Positions 61,843-64,000 of a stretch of DNA of 64,000 bases are shown here, one piece after another. The DNA lies in the IMG/VR virus record IMGVR_UViG_3300031576_000010, positions 35,909 through 99,908 of that record; one strand, written 5' to 3'. The DNA comes from a virus. Position 1 is the first letter of the stretch, and each line of letters starts with the position of its first letter. The notes under the pieces are model-generated. The model saw nothing but the letters and a program-made list of their open reading frames with translations, was not told the DNA's origin and did not search any database. Both the position numbers and the translations under genes were made by a program.

Positions 61843-62318
61843 GGCCCCACCTCTTCCTTGGGGTCGGGCGCGACCCCCTGGTCGTACGCGACATCATCGC
61901 GAAGGTCCGGCACCTCGCCCTGCTCGGGCTCGAAGATGTCGGAGCGGGCGATGCTCCAAGCACAGTCGGGACAACGGAAGAGCGCGTCCTTCGCCTTGCG
62001 CGTCACCATCACCATGACGATGTGGCACGCGGGGCACTCGAACCGGCCCGACTCCAGCTCCCGCTTGGTCGGGCGGTACTGGCGGCCTGGGGCCGTGTGG
62101 TAGAGGGCGACCCGATCGACCGCGACCTCGACATCGATATCGGCGCCGCCAAGCCACCGGACCAGCGCGGTCTTGCCGTCCTGGTCGAGCGCGGCGGTGA
62201 TGCGCCGGTAGTCCGGCTGCGTGATCGCAGGGGTGCCGGCCGCCCCTTTGTGGCACGCGGCCAACACGTTGAACTGGACGTCCCGGTACCGATCGACCTC
62301 TTGGTTGAGGTGGCGCAT
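61836..62318 (-). CDS. Zn-ribbon domain protein
   Basis: CPAC...CPDC. Confidence 0.6.
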   Translation of the reverse strand: MRHLNQEVDRYRDVQFNVLAACHKGAAGTPAITQPDYRRITAALDQDGKTALVRWLGGADIDVEVAVDRVALYHTAPGRQYRPTKRELESGRFECPACHIVMVMVTRKAKDALFRCPDCAWSIARSDIFEPEQGEVPDLRDDVAYDQGVAPDPKEEVGPW

Positions 62319-62327
62319 GGGCGAAGC

Positions 62328-62633
62328 CTACCGCACCTTCGCCGATTTGGCCTTGCGTTTTGCCGACCGTTTTGCCCGTTCGGCCTTCTGGCGGGCGGCG
62401 TGCTGGGCGGCCAGCACCGCCCAGCAGACCGGGAGGAACGGGACGCGATCGGCAGGCGCGGCCGTCTCGCCATCGACCACTCGGAGCACGTAGCCGTGCC
62501 GTTCCCATCCGACCAACCGCATGACGTGTACGTTGCCCTCGGCCATCTCGCGGGTCGGCCACATGGTCCGCTGGTAGACGTGGTCGCGACCATCCTGGCC
62601 CTTGTGCAGGGTCTCGACGAGCCACCGGTCCAT
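62328..62633 (-). CDS. Hypothetical protein
   Basis: TGATG coupling. Confidence 0.5.
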   Translation of the reverse strand: MDRWLVETLHKGQDGRDHVYQRTMWPTREMAEGNVHVMRLVGWERHGYVLRVVDGETAAPADRVPFLPVCWAVLAAQHAARQKAERAKRSAKRKAKSAKVR

Positions 62634-63619
62634 CAGAACACCAACTTGTCCGACTCGAACCCGGCCGCGTTCCTGTGGCCCCCACCACCGAACTGCTCGG
62701 CGATCTTGGCGACGTCCGGGCCTTCGCCGCGCGACCGGAGCGAGTAACGGTAGCGCCCATCCCCCGCCTGATACCATCCGACCGCCCAGTGGGGAGGCTC
62801 GCGGCAGAGCCGGTCGAGCGCCTCCGACATGTTCTCGGTGACGTTGATGACCGAAGACGTGTAGGAAACGAATGCCTCGGTCGGTTCGATCGGGTTGCCG
62901 TCGAAGTCCACAATGGCGATGCCGATCGAATGACGACCCCACGTCACGGTACGAGCCCGCCGGACCGCCCGCTCGATCTCCCGCTCCTGGGATTGGAGGA
63001 TCGCTTCACCGAGGCGGTAGTGCGCACCCCACGTCGCCTCGTCGCTCACAGGAACCCCTACGTACTTCAAGGTATCCCACACGGCGAAGTCGTGCGGTAG
63101 CGACCGTAGGTACGCGTTGACCTCTCGGCTCTTCGGCAGCTTCCATTGCCATAAGTCCCGGTCGGCCACGTAGTCGATGATCCATGGACGGGGGCCAGCA
63201 GGCACAGGAACGCCCCATCCAGGTCGGCCGTGGAAGTGATCCCAGGCAAGCTGAGCACCAGAAATGCCCTCCGCAATCTTGACGATCGCCTTGGGCCAGG
63301 CCCAGTGAGCTAGCCCTGACATTACACGTCTGCGTTCCCAGACCCCAGCACCCCAGGCGGCGGAGAACTGCTCGGCGGCACTCTTGTGATGATCCAGTAG
63401 TACGAGCTGGTTAGCCTCGTCGGCCATCTTGTCTATGAATTCTGGCAGGTAGCTGAAGTCCAGGATGTAGACGTCGCGGCCTTGCAGGTCGTCGGGAGGC
63501 GGATCGCCGTACGAGACCGCCCGGTACTCGGCCTCGTCGCCGAACTTGCGCCACGCCGACCACGCGGCCGCGAACCCATCCGGGCATCCGGCGTGATAGA
63601 GGACGAGCGGTTTCATCAT
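62633..63619 (-). CDS. DHH/DHHA1 phosphoesterase (NrnB oligoribonuclease-like)
   Basis: YH..CPDG, ILDFS, LDHHKS, DRDLW, SLRS, GGGGHRNAAGF. Confidence 0.9.
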   Translation of the reverse strand: MMKPLVLYHAGCPDGFAAAWSAWRKFGDEAEYRAVSYGDPPPDDLQGRDVYILDFSYLPEFIDKMADEANQLVLLDHHKSAAEQFSAAWGAGVWERRRVMSGLAHWAWPKAIVKIAEGISGAQLAWDHFHGRPGWGVPVPAGPRPWIIDYVADRDLWQWKLPKSREVNAYLRSLPHDFAVWDTLKYVGVPVSDEATWGAHYRLGEAILQSQEREIERAVRRARTVTWGRHSIGIAIVDFDGNPIEPTEAFVSYTSSVINVTENMSEALDRLCREPPHWAVGWYQAGDGRYRYSLRSRGEGPDVAKIAEQFGGGGHRNAAGFESDKLVF

Positions 63620-63987
63620 GAACCAAGCCGCGCGGAAGTTGGAAGTCCGAGAAGGACGCGAAGCCTGTGTTGCGCCTTGTCAGCGCCCCACCCACAGCAG
63701 TTCCCAGAGCAACCTTCATGCTCCAAGCACGCATCTGACAGCTCGCGGGCGGCGACTTCAATCCGCTCCATCACGGCCGAGGTCTTCTGGACCAGCTCTA
63801 CTTGCCTGGTCTCTCCCCTCACGTCACCATCCGGCAACCGATCCCACATGTCGCCCGCCAAATTGGCGAAGAACGCGACCGCCTCTTCCTTCGACTCGAA
63901 CATGCGAGTTGCCGCATCCGGACGGATCCAGCGGTCTTGCCCAACCCCTATGATCATCGGCTGGACAACCGCGTGTCCCATCGCCAC
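63616..63987 (-). CDS. Hypothetical protein (start may lie beyond the window)
   Basis: ATGA coupling to the DHH gene. Confidence 0.5.
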   Translation of the reverse strand: MAMGHAVVQPMIIGVGQDRWIRPDAATRMFESKEEAVAFFANLAGDMWDRLPDGDVRGETRQVELVQKTSAVMERIEVAARELSDACLEHEGCSGNCCGWGADKAQHRLRVLLGLPTSARLGS

Positions 63988-64000
63988 CGGCGTGGAAACC

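Noticed and set aside
1-64000. CRISPR array, diversity-generating retroelement, integrase, rRNA
   Set aside because: No regularly spaced repeats with unique spacers, and no reverse transcriptase, recombinase or rRNA signature seen by eye

Overview
A 64-kb segment of a large, GC-rich, contractile-tailed (myovirus-type) phage or prophage genome. Almost every real gene is on the minus strand; the long plus-strand ORFs in the track are mostly antisense shadows. Positions 1-39.2 kb hold the virion module, read right to left: prohead protease/scaffold, decoration protein, major capsid, tail fibre and lysis-type membrane proteins, neck proteins, sheath, tube, chaperones with a probable -1 frameshift, two paralogous tape-measure-like proteins, then hub, spike, wedge and baseplate J. 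This module carries four copies of a precisely spaced putative late promoter. Positions 39.2-64 kb are an early/accessory region with sigma70-type promoters. It includes Ro60/TROVE with a Y-RNA-like hairpin in its leader, a tmRNA 3' fragment fused to a tRNA 5' fragment, an ARC/Mpa-like proteasomal ATPase, a stand-alone biotinyl-carrier protein, a HerA-like ATPase, a SLOG protein, dCMP deaminase, a DHH phosphoesterase and many small ORFs. Selfish elements are two inteins (one LAGLIDADG, one HNH), three free-standing LAGLIDADG genes and two HNH genes. The most unusual signals are the phage Ro60 plus minimal Y-RNA unit, a protein near the capsid gene with two tandem IscB-type PLMP/RRXRR domains, the dual tape measures and the late-promoter motif. 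All calls come from manual motif reading; no database searches were run.
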